DNA from: Octopus sinensis
Lineage: Eukaryota
Length of the DNA stretch: 64,000 nucleotides
Assembly (NCBI RefSeq): GCF_006345805.1
Contig: NC_043013.1
Coordinates: 46,438,001 to 46,502,000, forward strand
Reading direction: 5' to 3'
Both the position numbers and the translations under genes were made by a program. The notes beneath the pieces were generated by a model. That model ran no database searches and had not been told where the DNA came from. It saw only the letters and a list, made by a program, of their open reading frames with translations. Numbering within the stretch: position 1 is the stretch's first letter; every line of letters starts with the position of its first letter. Of this stretch, positions 1 to 11,269 are shown in pieces.

Positions 1-28
1 CTCTAACTTGGCTTTGTCGTGTTTATAG

Positions 29-112
29 TTACTACTGCAACCAGCTGCAACGACCGTCTAATTCACTTCCATGTCAGTAAATTACAGAAGGGAAAACACC
101 GAAAAGTCGAAG
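29..112 (+). CDS. Possible isolated internal exon (84 bp, phase 1-1), peptide TTATSCNDRLIHFHVSKLQKGKHRKVE; product unknown, may be non-coding
   Basis: Acceptor GCTTTGTCGTGTTTATAG|, donor AAG|GTAAAA; length is a multiple of 3; only one of three frames is open; lies in repeat-free sequence. No recognisable domain. Confidence 0.3.
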
Positions 113-929
113 GTAAAAAAAAAGAAAAATCACAGGAATGAACACGAATGAAGAAGAAAAAAAATATATCAATAAACACCTAGAAACAAACCACTGTATT
201 ATGTCATAATAGCAAGGCGTTTGATCGGAGCTGGTTATATCTTCGTAGTTTAAACATACTTTAACATTACAGCCGATCCGATCACTACGTGGCATTCAGA
301 TATCTCTTCTTGTATACAACTTCATGTGTGCGTTCAGACATCATCACTATCAACTTATTAAGTATCATCGTTATCATCTACACGATTATTATATACAGAT
401 TTTTTTTTTCCTCTGGAAATATATCTCGAGACTAAACTTTTATTTCTCGTTGTTCTACTAACCATAGTTGGGCACCGAACTGACACACCCTTGCTTGCAC
501 AACAACCAGGGCTTAAGACTCGATCTACATACATAGTGCTCGACATGCTAGAAAAAAGAAAGAAAAAAAACGAAACGAAAAGAAATAGCAGCCAAATATT
601 ACCCTCAAAATTATTACTACCGTTTTCAATAAAGAAGGATACACTAGACAATGTAGTTCTTGCTATACAAAAAAGGGGTTGTATAGTCACGGCTGGAACG
701 CCTTTGATCAAAAAGTGTTCTCGATCAGGGGTTAAACAACATCATCATCAGCATCATCATCAACAGCAACAACAGTTCTGGTTACTCGTGAATTATGGCT
801 GATCCTCGGAGTTATAACTTCCCACTTATTCAGTTTTCACAGACATTCAAGTAAACGATTTTATTTTCATTAAAATTACCGCAATAAATTTTTGTTACGT
901 AGAAGTTCGGAGTGAGACGAGAGCGAAAC

Positions 930-1009
<80 letters not shown>

Positions 1010-1010
1010 A

Positions 1011-1072
<62 letters not shown>
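930..1072. repeat. (TATC)n microsatellite
   Basis: Direct reading. Confidence 0.97.
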
Positions 1073-1073
<1 letters not shown>

Positions 1074-1693
1074 GTCAGTCTGTCATCTGCTTGGCTTGAC
1101 TATGTATCGATTGATCGATCTATCTATATACGTGCTCATACATAATAAATATATATATATGCATGTATATGCATACATACATGCACACACACGCACACAC
1201 GCACGCACTTAACTACCATGGATATATATATATATATATAGTATATATATATATATATTATATATATATATATATATATTCACACATAAACACGATCAAA
1301 CTTGATGTTTACTCGACTACACTCATATTTTAGTTAATATAATATAATATAATATATAATATAATATAATGTAATACACAGATGTATAAGTGTGTATGGG
1401 TATATACACTTACACATACACACACATCTGTCGGACTAGTGATTATGGATTAAACATCTTACACACACAAACATGCATGCACACATACATACATACACAC
1501 ACATATACATACATACATGCATGCATACATACATACAGAGGGCAGTTTAGTCATAACTTATAATTCATAGATTCACACACACACACGCAAGTAGTCACAA
1601 AAACCCGTCCGTGTGTGCGCGTGTGTGCCCCTGTGCTCATGTTCTACCAGTGTGTCTGAGACACGGAAGGAAGAATGGGAGAGAGAAAAAGAG

Positions 1694-1728
<35 letters not shown>

Positions 1729-2346
1729 GAGGGTGGAGATAAGAGTTCACAGAAGTACAATAAATATTTACAAGAAAATATTTGTTAGTCTTGCAGAGAA
1801 TTGTAATGAGAGGGAGGGAGGGAGGGGGTGAAAGAAAGAAGGGAAAAACAAAATGAAATTAAAGAGGGTTTGATAGGTCGATGGCGGAGTGGGGGGTGGG
1901 GGAATTTGAGAGTTTTTTCTGGAGTTACTCCCTTGCTGAATTCCCTTACAGAAGAAGGATGGTCTCACCCTCTACCCTCAGTCTCTCTCTCTCTCTCTCT
2001 CCCTCATCTCTCTCTCTTTCTTTCTTTATCTATCTATGTATCTATCTATTTAATTCTATCTATCTATCTATCTACTTATATTTCACACCTCTAAGTAAAG
2101 TTGCTTATACACGCTCCCTTGTTACAGCGAAAGGCAAAGAGAAACAGCGAGAGAGAGAGAGAAGGAGAGAGAGAGCAGACGATAAGAATACCTACACGGA
2201 AACAGAGAGAGAAGGAGAGAGACGGAGATAGAGAGAGAAAACAGAGAGAGAGTAAGAGTGGTGAGAGTAAGGCTGTCTGTTTATCTCTCATACTTTCCAC
2301 ATTAGAAATCGCTAAGAAACGGGAAACAGCTGTTTGCTCTCCCTAC

Positions 2347-2388
<42 letters not shown>

Positions 2389-2583
2389 TCTGCCTCTCTC
2401 TCTTCCTCTGTCTCTCTCTCCCACCACTTTCCCACTGTCTCGTTCTATCTCTATAGTACTATGTATACTATATAGCGTACTATGTACTGTATGTGGTTCG
2501 TGTAGTGTGTGTCTAACTTAATATTTTGTCCAATTTCTTCTTGTTTCGAGTGACTGGATTGTTACAGTTATGATTAACATCGT

Positions 2584-2585
<2 letters not shown>

Positions 2586-2615
<30 letters not shown>

Positions 2616-2945
2616 TGTATGTATGTATGTATGGATGGATGGATGTATGTGTGTGTGTATGTATGTATGTATGTGTGTGTGTGTATGTATGTATGTATGT
2701 ATGCATGTATGTATGTGTGTGTATGTATGTATGTATGTATGTTTGTATGTATGTATGCATGCATGCATGTATGTATGTATATATGTATGTATGTATGTAT
2801 GTACGCATGTATGCATGCATGTATGCATGTACGTATGTATGTATGTATGTCTGTATATATGCATGTATGTATGTATATACGTACGTACGTATGTATGTAT
2901 GTATGTATGTATGTATGTATGTATATATATATGTATGCATGCATG
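2586..2945. repeat. Compound (ATGT)n/(GT)n microsatellite
   Basis: Direct reading; source of the YIHT/MYVC pseudo-ORFs. Confidence 0.97.
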
Positions 2946-3154
2946 CTATACAAACACACGCGCGCGTACACACACACATAGAGAAACATTATTATTTCTA
3001 AATCTCTCAAAGAGAGATATTCAGTAACAGTTCTTTAAAGTAAAAGGCTATTTGCCAACATAATGTGGTTGTCCTGAAAGGGACGAGTGTCACTGCTATT
3101 TAGCCCCAGGAAACATCGTTTCCAACCGGTCATACGACACACTATCTGTGTCCT

Positions 3155-3186
<32 letters not shown>

Positions 3187-3292
3187 TGTATGTATGTATG
3201 TATGTATGTATGTATGTATGTATGTATGTATGCATGTATGTATATACTTATGCATGTATGTGTGAAGGTATGTGTATGTATATATATACATA

Positions 3293-3362
3293 TATTGGTA
3301 AAAACGGTAAGATAACAAAAGAAAGAAAGAGACCTCAATATTATGTAAATAGAGGAAATTTA
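3293..3362 (+). repeat. Short interspersed repeat, also present inverted at 29106-29173
   Basis: TATTGGTAAAAACGGTAAGATAACAAAAGAAAGAAAGAGACCTCAATATTATGTAAATAGAGGAAATTTA is near-identical to the reverse complement of 29106-29173; both abut microsatellites. Confidence 0.85.
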
Positions 3363-3482
3363 TCTGTAAATATAATATGTGACAATTATTCAATAGCCAA
3401 GATATAAAACTCTGAGTTTCGGATGCCGAGGTGGAAATCCACAACAAACACACTCCATCTCGTCTCATTATACTCCATACTT

Positions 3483-3535
<53 letters not shown>

Positions 3536-3792
3536 GGTATGTAGAAAAATACAACATGGACAAGAACGTATAACTCCCAGAAGACGACACAATAAACATG
3601 GACAGGACATTCGAACCCCTCAGTCTTCAGTCAAGAACCGGATCCGTAGTAATTTCGGCTGATTAATCTTGAGATTACTAGATCACGGCCAGCCCTCCAA
3701 GAAAAACTAAGCAACGAGCATTAGAAAAACTAAGCTGGAAGCGTAGATTTCCTGGAAGAAGGATCGAATGCATACGAACACCAGGACAGCAA

Positions 3793-3847
<55 letters not shown>

Positions 3848-3944
3848 GTATGAAACAAGGCAATTTTCTCTTGCAAACATACAGAATACATAGGCATGTG
3901 AGACTTTTATGTAATATAAACACGTATGCTGATATATGCATACA

Positions 3945-3977
<33 letters not shown>

Positions 3978-4324
3978 ACGCACGTGTATTATTTTTCACT
4001 CTGATAAGAGAATAACAACGTACATTTACGTTCGTTTAAAGGTTTAGCTACTTTAAATTTATCTTGGGTTTTCTAATACACGAAGTGTTCTACTCAAACT
4101 TGTGTGTGTATGTGTACGTGTTTGTGTGTGTGCGCACGTGTGAGTGTATGAAGTGAGAAAGGCTTTTCTTTTAGAAACAATTGCTGCGTTTCTCGTTTCC
4201 GATCTTCGGACGATTTTGCTGATTATCATCATACGCATGTTTATACATACATATATGCACACGTATCTATTTATTTATATATGTATGTATGTATGTATGC
4301 ATATAAATATGTATGTATACGTAC

Positions 4325-4364
<40 letters not shown>

Positions 4365-4368
<4 letters not shown>

Positions 4369-4775
4369 CGCAGGAGTGGCTGTGTGGTAAGTAGCTTGCC
4401 TACCAAACGGGTTCAGTCCCACTGCGTGGCATCTTGGGCAAGTGTCTTCTTCTATAGCCCCGGGCCGACCAATGCCCTGTGAGTGGATTTGGTAGACGGA
4501 AACTGAAAGAAGCCTGTCGTATATATGTATATATATATATGTGTATGTGTGTGTTTGTGTGTCTGTTTTTGTCCCCCTCCCCTAGCATTGCTTGACAACC
4601 GATGGTGGTGTGTTTACGTCCCCGTCACTTAGCTAGCGGTTCGGCAAAAGTGACCGATAAAATAAGTACTGGGCTTACAAAAGAATAAGTCCCGGGGGGT
4701 CGATTTGCTCGACTAAAGGCGGTGCTCCTGCATGGCCGCAGTCAAATGACTGAAACAAGTAAAAGAGTAAAAGAG
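4365..4775 (+). mobile_element. SINE family A, full length (tRNA-like head, body, internal TA/TG microsatellite, second body, GGCGGTGCTCCAGCATGGCC tail)
   Basis: Head GGAGTGGCTGTGTGGTAAG; ends TGACTGAAACAAGTAAAAGAGTAAAAGAG; about 20 homologous copies in the window. Confidence 0.92.
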
Positions 4776-4960
4776 TATATATATTATATATATATATATA
4801 CATATATGAAGTTGCAATACATGTTTATACTGTATGTAGCACATAATATCGCTTGCATCATTTCGGCATTTGTTGTCTAGTTGACTAAACCGAGCGAATC
4901 ATATTTTCTCGTACTGTTTATGAAGAGCGAAGTCCACGAGAAGTAATTATTGTTGGAAAG

Positions 4961-5423
4961 CGGGTGCAGGCCTGTTGTATGGATGGCTTAAGAAGCTTAC
5001 TTGTCAACCATGTGGGGTCTACCCCGGCGTACCGTTGGCCTGAGCTGTAGGTTTGGTAGCCGGAAACTGAAAGAAGCTCGTCGTGTATGCATGTATGTAT
5101 AATATATATATTATAAATATATATATATATATATATTATACACACACATATATATATATATATATACATATATACATACATATATAAATACATAGACACA
5201 CACACATATGTATGTATGTATGTATGTATGTATTTGTGTGTCTGTGTTTGCCCCTCCCCCCATATCTTGACAACCGACGTTTAATAGCGGTTGGGCAAAA
5301 AAGACCGATACAATAAGGAGAAGCCTTACAAGGATTAAGTACTGGGGTCCATTTGTTCGAATAAAGGTGGTGGTCCATCATGGCCGTACTCAAATGACTG
5401 AAACAAGTAAAAGAATAAAAGAA
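4961..5423 (+). mobile_element. SINE family A, diverged copy
   Basis: GGAAACTGAAAGAAGCTCGTCG, microsatellite, tail ending ATGACTGAAACAAGTAAAAGAATAAAAGAA. Confidence 0.8.
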
Positions 5424-5435
5424 TATATATGTGTC

Positions 5436-5482
<47 letters not shown>

Positions 5483-5578
5483 TCATATGTGTGAGTGTCT
5501 TTGCGCTTGTGTTTGTCCCTCGCTACCGGTACTGGTTTGTTTACGGCTCCCCGTATTCTAGCAGTTCGGCAAAGGAGA

Positions 5579-5678
5579 NNNNNNNNNNNNNNNNNNNNNN
5601 NNNNNNNNNNNNNNNNNNNNNNNNNNNNNNNNNNNNNNNNNNNNNNNNNNNNNNNNNNNNNNNNNNNNNNNNNNNNNN
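5579..5678. other. Assembly gap (100 N)
   Basis: Run of exactly 100 N between two oppositely oriented family A copies; true size unknown. Confidence 0.99.
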
Positions 5679-5980
5679 TTCTTTTGTAAGCCCAGTACTT
5701 ATTCTATCGGTCTCTTTTGCCGAACCGCTAAGTAACGGGGACATAAACACACCAGCATCGGTTGTCAAGCAATGCTAGGGGGACAAGCACACACACGCAT
5801 ATATATATATATACATATATACAATGGGCTTCTTTCAGTTTCCGTCTACCAAATCCACTCACAAGGCTTTGGTCGGCCCGAGGCTTTAGTAGAAGACACT
5901 TGCCCAAGGTGCCACGCAATGGGACTGAACCCGGAACCATGTGGTTGGTAAGCAAGCTACTTACCACACAGCCACTCCTA
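5679..5980 (-). mobile_element. SINE family A, truncated by the gap
   Basis: Reverse complement of 4365-4775. Confidence 0.9.
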
Positions 5981-6192
5981 CATGCATATTTCATATATTT
6001 GTAAGCATATATATGTGTGTATGTGTGTGTGTGTGTGTGTGGTGTGTTTATATATGTGTGTAGTTATGTTTGTATGCATATATATGTTTGTATGCATGTA
6101 TATTTATGTATGCACACACGCATATATAATATATATATATTTTACATTAATCTGACGAGTTGCTCTGTGCTTTTGTAGAGAACAAATGTTTT

Positions 6193-6320
6193 ATTCTTAA
6201 ACAAGAATATTTTTGACAGGGACTTCGAAGTCTCGGTCAGCTAAGTTACCGTCGGACTGCCAGACGATAGCTTAGCTGGCCGACACTTCGAATTCACTAT
6301 CAATAATATTCTTTAAGAAT
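6193..6320. repeat. Imperfect inverted repeat (about 60-bp arms, 9-nt loop); fold-back MITE or hairpin RNA
   Basis: Left arm ...TTCGAAGTCTCGGTCAGCTAAGTTACCGTC pairs with right arm GACGATAGCTTAGCTGGCCGACACTTCGAA...; outer ends ATTCTTAAA / TTTAAGAAT. Confidence 0.85.
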
Positions 6321-6453
6321 AATAAATATATTATATACACATGTATATAATATGTATGTATGTTTGTGTGTATGTATATATGCATACATACATACATACA
6401 TACATACATACATACATACATACATACATACATAGATATATATGTATATATAT

Positions 6454-6604
6454 AGGAGTGGCTGTGTAGTAAGTAGCTTGCTTACGAACCACATGGTTCC
6501 GGGTTCAGTTCCACTGCGTGGCACCTTGGGTAAGTGTCTTCTACTCGGGCCGACCAAAGCCTTGTGAGTGGATTTTGTAGACGGAAACAGAAAGAAGCCG
6601 ATCG

Positions 6605-6656
<52 letters not shown>

Positions 6657-6895
6657 TGTGTGTGAGTGTATGTATTTATGTTTGTGTGTCTTTGTTTGTC
6701 CCCCAACATCGCTTGACAACCGATGCTGGTGTGCTTACGTCCCCGTAACTTAGCGGTTCGGCAAAGAGACCGATAGAATAAGTACTAGGCTTACAAAGAA
6801 CAAGTCCTGGGCGTCGATTTGCTCGACTAAAGGTGGTGCTCCAGCATGGCCGCAGTCAAAGGATTAAAACAAATAACAGAGAAAAGAGAAAAGAG
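6454..6895 (+). mobile_element. SINE family A, full length
   Basis: Homology to 4365-4775. Confidence 0.92.
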
Positions 6896-8149
6896 ATATA
6901 TGTACATATATCTGTGTGCGTGCGCGCGCGTGCCTGTCTGTTTAAGTATATCGGCTCAACAGCAATGTTCAAAGCTAAATGCGTTGGCTACAGACTCATG
7001 ATGTGCTGTTGAGAGGATGTGAATTGCTGATCTCTCTGTTGGTTAATTCTATTATTCATGTCTTCGTGTGAGGAGGCAGAAACGTGCCTTCGACCTCCCT
7101 GTCTTGCCTGTAAATGATTTACTCCTCTCACGCTGGAAAGAAATAAACTATTCCCTGACATGATACCCGACCCGAATTCTGACAACTGAAAGGATCCGCT
7201 AATGGCAGCAAACGACGACCAGATGGTTGTCTTAAACCGGATGACCAGTTAAAAGTTTGCTACCCAACAACATGAACATTACCTTTCTATAAGCTTCCAC
7301 CATCGACCCGGGGCAATGTTCAAAGCGACTTACTCCAGACTCTGAGCACTGAGAGCGAACCTAAAACCACGCAACTGTGAACTTCTTGACGCCAAGGCCA
7401 AGCCTGTACGCAAGCGAGTTCCCCATCTTATGCTTGGTTGCATCCTCTTTACAATTATTTCAGGTTTCAGACTTATCTCCCTTACATTTCTGAACCAGAA
7501 TTAGTCCTTTTCAATAAAAATTTATCTTTTCAGTAACGGCTTAATTTCTATTGATTCCGGTAAAGCCAGTCTATTACATTGTGTTTCATCGACTATTCAA
7601 GCACTCATGTGCTTCAAATGCGCCATCACATCTATATCTTTAACTTTATGAAGATTCACAAGTTAGATCAGCGCAAACGTGTGCGTATGAGCATGTGTAT
7701 CTGGTGAAAGACAATGTAATAGATTGACTCTACCAGAAGTTTTTGATCAATTAAAATTAAGCCGTTATTGAAAAGATAAATCTTTAATGATATGGACTAA
7801 TTCTACTCCAGAAATGTAAAGGAGATAGCTATGAAACCCGAAATAATTATAAATAGAATGCTAATTGTAGTATTTTATATAAGGTACAAAATACGATACA
7901 TAATAATCACATATACAAACATTCACATACTTCTCTTGTACACGCACACACATATACGCATATACTCACACAGAGTTGAACCGTTGATTTTTTTCACCCC
8001 TACCTTCCTTATTCACCTATCACCCCTTCTTTTCTTTCATTGCTATTACTTTTTCTCACTCCCTCTCAGTCAGGGTTATTACTCTCACTACTTTTCCTTC
8101 ACTGAATTACTATTTTCTCTCCTCCTCCTCCGAGACCGGCAGGATTCTG

Positions 8150-8189
<40 letters not shown>

Positions 8190-8192
<3 letters not shown>

Positions 8193-8353
8193 AGAGTTTA
8201 CGAAAAAAACAAAAGACGAAGACAGGTGGTGTACAAAACAAACAGATGTATTAGTATAACGCTCAGGAATAGAAAAAGTCTTTTACGTTTCGAGCCTACG
8301 CTCTTCTACAGAAAGGGACACAGAAAAAAAAAGTGTGTAGTGGCTAACGATCT

Positions 8354-8357
<4 letters not shown>
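8190..8357 (-). mobile_element. Short hammerhead-bearing element (Penelope pLTR-like) flanked on both sides by (TA)n
   Basis: Contains the motif at 8280-8315; related to 11270-11474. Confidence 0.7.
8280..8315 (-). ncRNA. Minimal type-I hammerhead-like motif, core variant CUGUAGA
   Basis: Minus strand: CTTT-CTGTAGA-A-GAGC(GTAG)GCTC-GAAAC-GTA-AAAG; stems I and II pair perfectly; A6 is changed. Confidence 0.65.
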
Positions 8358-8412
<55 letters not shown>

Positions 8413-8418
8413 TATCTT

Positions 8419-8716
8419 TATAAAAACGCTACGCTCATTATTATGTTAGGAGATTACGAACATGTATCATGTTTATTTAACTCTTCAGAGAATTATAACC
8501 TTACTAGTTACTACTTATCAGGCCTCAAGTGACAGAGGTATATAGATTTTATGTCAATAAACACTGATTATGGATATATATATGATTGTATAAAAACGCT
8601 ACACTCATGTATCAAGTTTATTTAACTCTTCAGAGAATTATAACCTTACTAGTTACTAAATACCAGGCCTCAAGTGACAGAAATATATAAAGATTTTATG
8701 TCAATAAACACTGACT
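8419..8716 (+). repeat. Local direct duplication (two copies of about 130-150 bp)
   Basis: TAAAAACGCTAC...TTTAACTCTTCAGAGAATTATAACCTTACTAGTTACTA...GTCAATAAACACTGA at about 8419 and 8590. Confidence 0.9.
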
Positions 8717-8967
8717 GATTTGACTGCTTAAAGTAATAAAAAGAAAAGAAGGCTTTCACAGGGACATCTTCTGCGCGAGGAACAAATAGTTAAGAGTTGT
8801 TTAGCTGTTCTGTTTTCTTTGCTAGCCTTATTTTCCTCATCATTGATCAGCAGCCGAACAGTTTATATTTCCCCTTATCCTGTCATTAGATTCTTTCTCA
8901 TATACAATAGTTAGATATACACGCACTCATGCAATCACCAATACTCCTCTGTCCAAGGAATCGAACG

Positions 8968-9088
8968 ATGGTTTCAGATTTTGGCATAATTCCAGCAATC
9001 TCGGGTGGGAGTAGGGTGGGGACTAACTCGATCACATCAACCCCCTGCGCTCAACTGGTGCCAATTTCATCGACCTCGAAGGATAAAA

Positions 9089-9092
<4 letters not shown>
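8968..9092 (-). mobile_element. SINE family B (tail variant 2), diverged 3' fragment
   Basis: Homology to 23205-23420 and 62065-62278. Confidence 0.7.
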
Positions 9093-9163
<71 letters not shown>

Positions 9164-9198
9164 TATAATATTATATATGTATGTATGTGTGTGTATAT

Positions 9199-9415
9199 GT
9201 TTGTGTGTCTGTGTTTGTCCCCCAACATCGCTTGACAACCGATGGTGGTGTGTTTACGTCCACGTAACTTTGTGGTTCGCCAAAAGAGACCGATAAAATA
9301 AGTACTAGGTTTACAAAGAATAAGTCCTGGGTCGATTTTCTCGACTAAAGGCGGTGCTCCAGCATGGCCGCAATCAAATAACTGAAACAAGTAAAAATAA
9401 AAGTAAAATAAAGAA
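9199..9415 (+). mobile_element. SINE family A, 3' half
   Basis: GTTTGTCCCCCAACATCGCTTGACAACCGATG...GGCGGTGCTCCAGCATGGCCGC. Confidence 0.9.
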
Positions 9416-9559
9416 AGTATTAGCTCTCACTGAACAAAAACTGGATTACGGAAAACGTTTGACAATAGTCAAACGATTTCCGTAACGTAGACGTACTTTC
9501 CGTAACCCAGACCTACTTCTGCTCGATCAGAATTTGACGGGGAGAGTGAGTTGAACTGC

Positions 9560-10170
9560 GATGATGATGTCGATGACAGTGACGACAATGACAGTGACGA
9601 AGATGACGCCGATGACGATGACGACGATGGTGATACAAGGACAACAATGACGGCGATAACGATGACAATGACGAGGACGATGGCAACGACGATGACAACG
9701 ATGATGGTGATGATGATGATGATGATGATGATTTTGATGACGAAGACGATTGGTGATCACAACGACAAAGATAACGACGATGATGACGATGATAATGGCG
9801 AAGATGCTGACGACGATGACGAGAACGATGACGGTGACGATGAGGACGATGATGGTGACGAAGTCGACAGTGACGAAAATGAGGATGACGATGTCAATGA
9901 CAATGATGATGATCACGACGACGATGACGATGACGGCAGTGACGAAGGCGACGACGACGACAATGTCGACGATGATGACGACGATGATGAGGACGGTGGC
10001 GATGCAAACACGCCGATGACAAAAACAACGTCGATAATGACGTCGATGACGATGATAATGATGATGACGACGGTGATGATGACGGTGACGGCGACGATTG
10101 ATGATGACGACGACGATGATGACCTCTATAATGACCACAACGATAATGACGGCGATGACCATGGTAACTG
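9560..10170. repeat. Degenerate (GAT/GAC)n trinucleotide low-complexity tract
   Basis: Direct reading; yields poly-Asp and poly-Met/Thr pseudo-ORFs. Confidence 0.9.
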
Positions 10171-10271
10171 CAACATTTGACACTCGCATGAAGCATACAG
10201 TTTCTTCGACTTCTGACCACATTCAAACTTCCCTCCATTGCGGATATATATATCGATTAATAATGTGAGGT

Positions 10272-10609
10272 GTGAAGGCGCATGGCTCAGGGGTTAGAGC
10301 GTCGAGCTTACGATCGTGCGGTTGTGAGTTCGAATCCCGGACCCGGCTGCGTGTTGTGTTCTTGAGCAAGACACTTTATTTCCCGTTGCTCCAGTTCACT
10401 CAGCTGTAGAAATGAGTTGCGACGTCACATGTGCCAAGCTGTATCGACCCCTTTGCCTTTCCCTTGGATAACATCGGTGGTGTGGAGAGGGAAGGCCGAT
10501 ATGCATGGGCGACTGCTGGTCTTCCATAAACAACCTTGCCCGGACTTGTGCCTCGGAAGGTAACTTTCTAGGTGCAATCCCATGGTCATTAATAACCGAA
10601 GGGGGTCTC
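10272..10609 (+). mobile_element. tRNA-headed SINE (family C, tail type 1)
   Basis: A-box TGGCTCAGGGTT, B-box GAGTTCGAATCC, body TTGAGCAAGACACTTT...TTGCTCCAGTTCACTCAGCTG. Confidence 0.85.
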
Positions 10610-11269
10610 AATATGTGAGGTAGCCATGTTTTATAAACAACCTATCAGCTCTTCTTAGATGAACGTTTTATATTCTCTAAACATCTTTCTAAACACTAAT
10701 TACTTGACTAACGGATATGTGGGCACTCACGTACATAATAAAGGCAATCAGGAAAAGATAATTAAAATTTCACTCGAAGTGAGGAAAAAAAGTCATTATC
10801 GTAACCACTAATTGACGAATTATGGTAAAAAGAGACAAGGGAGACAACCTTGTATTTGAATTAATTATAAATTAAAAATAGAATGTAGCGCAGATAATTA
10901 GTCGCTCGATAATGATTTTTTCGCCTCACTAGGAGTGTAGTTTTAATTAATTAAAATTTCTTTGCTCGTTTCATTAAATGTGTTAGCATCATTTTTAATA
11001 TTACTTTATCATTGTCGTTTGTCCATTGAAAATAGAATTAGTAGTTACCAAGATTATTCGAGAATGTAAACCTTTAATCTAAAAAGTAAGCAAGCTCCTT
11101 ACCACACAGGAGTGGCTGTGTGGTAAGAAGTTTACTTCCCAACTACATGGTCCCGGGTTCAGTTCTATTGCGTGGTACATTCTACTATAGCCTTGGGCCA
11201 ACCATAGCCTTCTGAGTGGATTTGCTAGATGGAAGCTGAAAGCTTATCGTGTATATATAAATATATAAA

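Noticed and set aside
2513-3027. YIHT/MYVC and LSIY ORFs (also at 31543, 34667, 44313, 56973, 58403)
   Set aside because: Translations of ATGT and TCTA microsatellites.
9551-10180. 209-aa Asp-rich ORF resembling an acidic shell or matrix protein
   Set aside because: Degenerate GAY repeat, open in several frames, flips frame midway, no signal peptide, flanked by SINEs.
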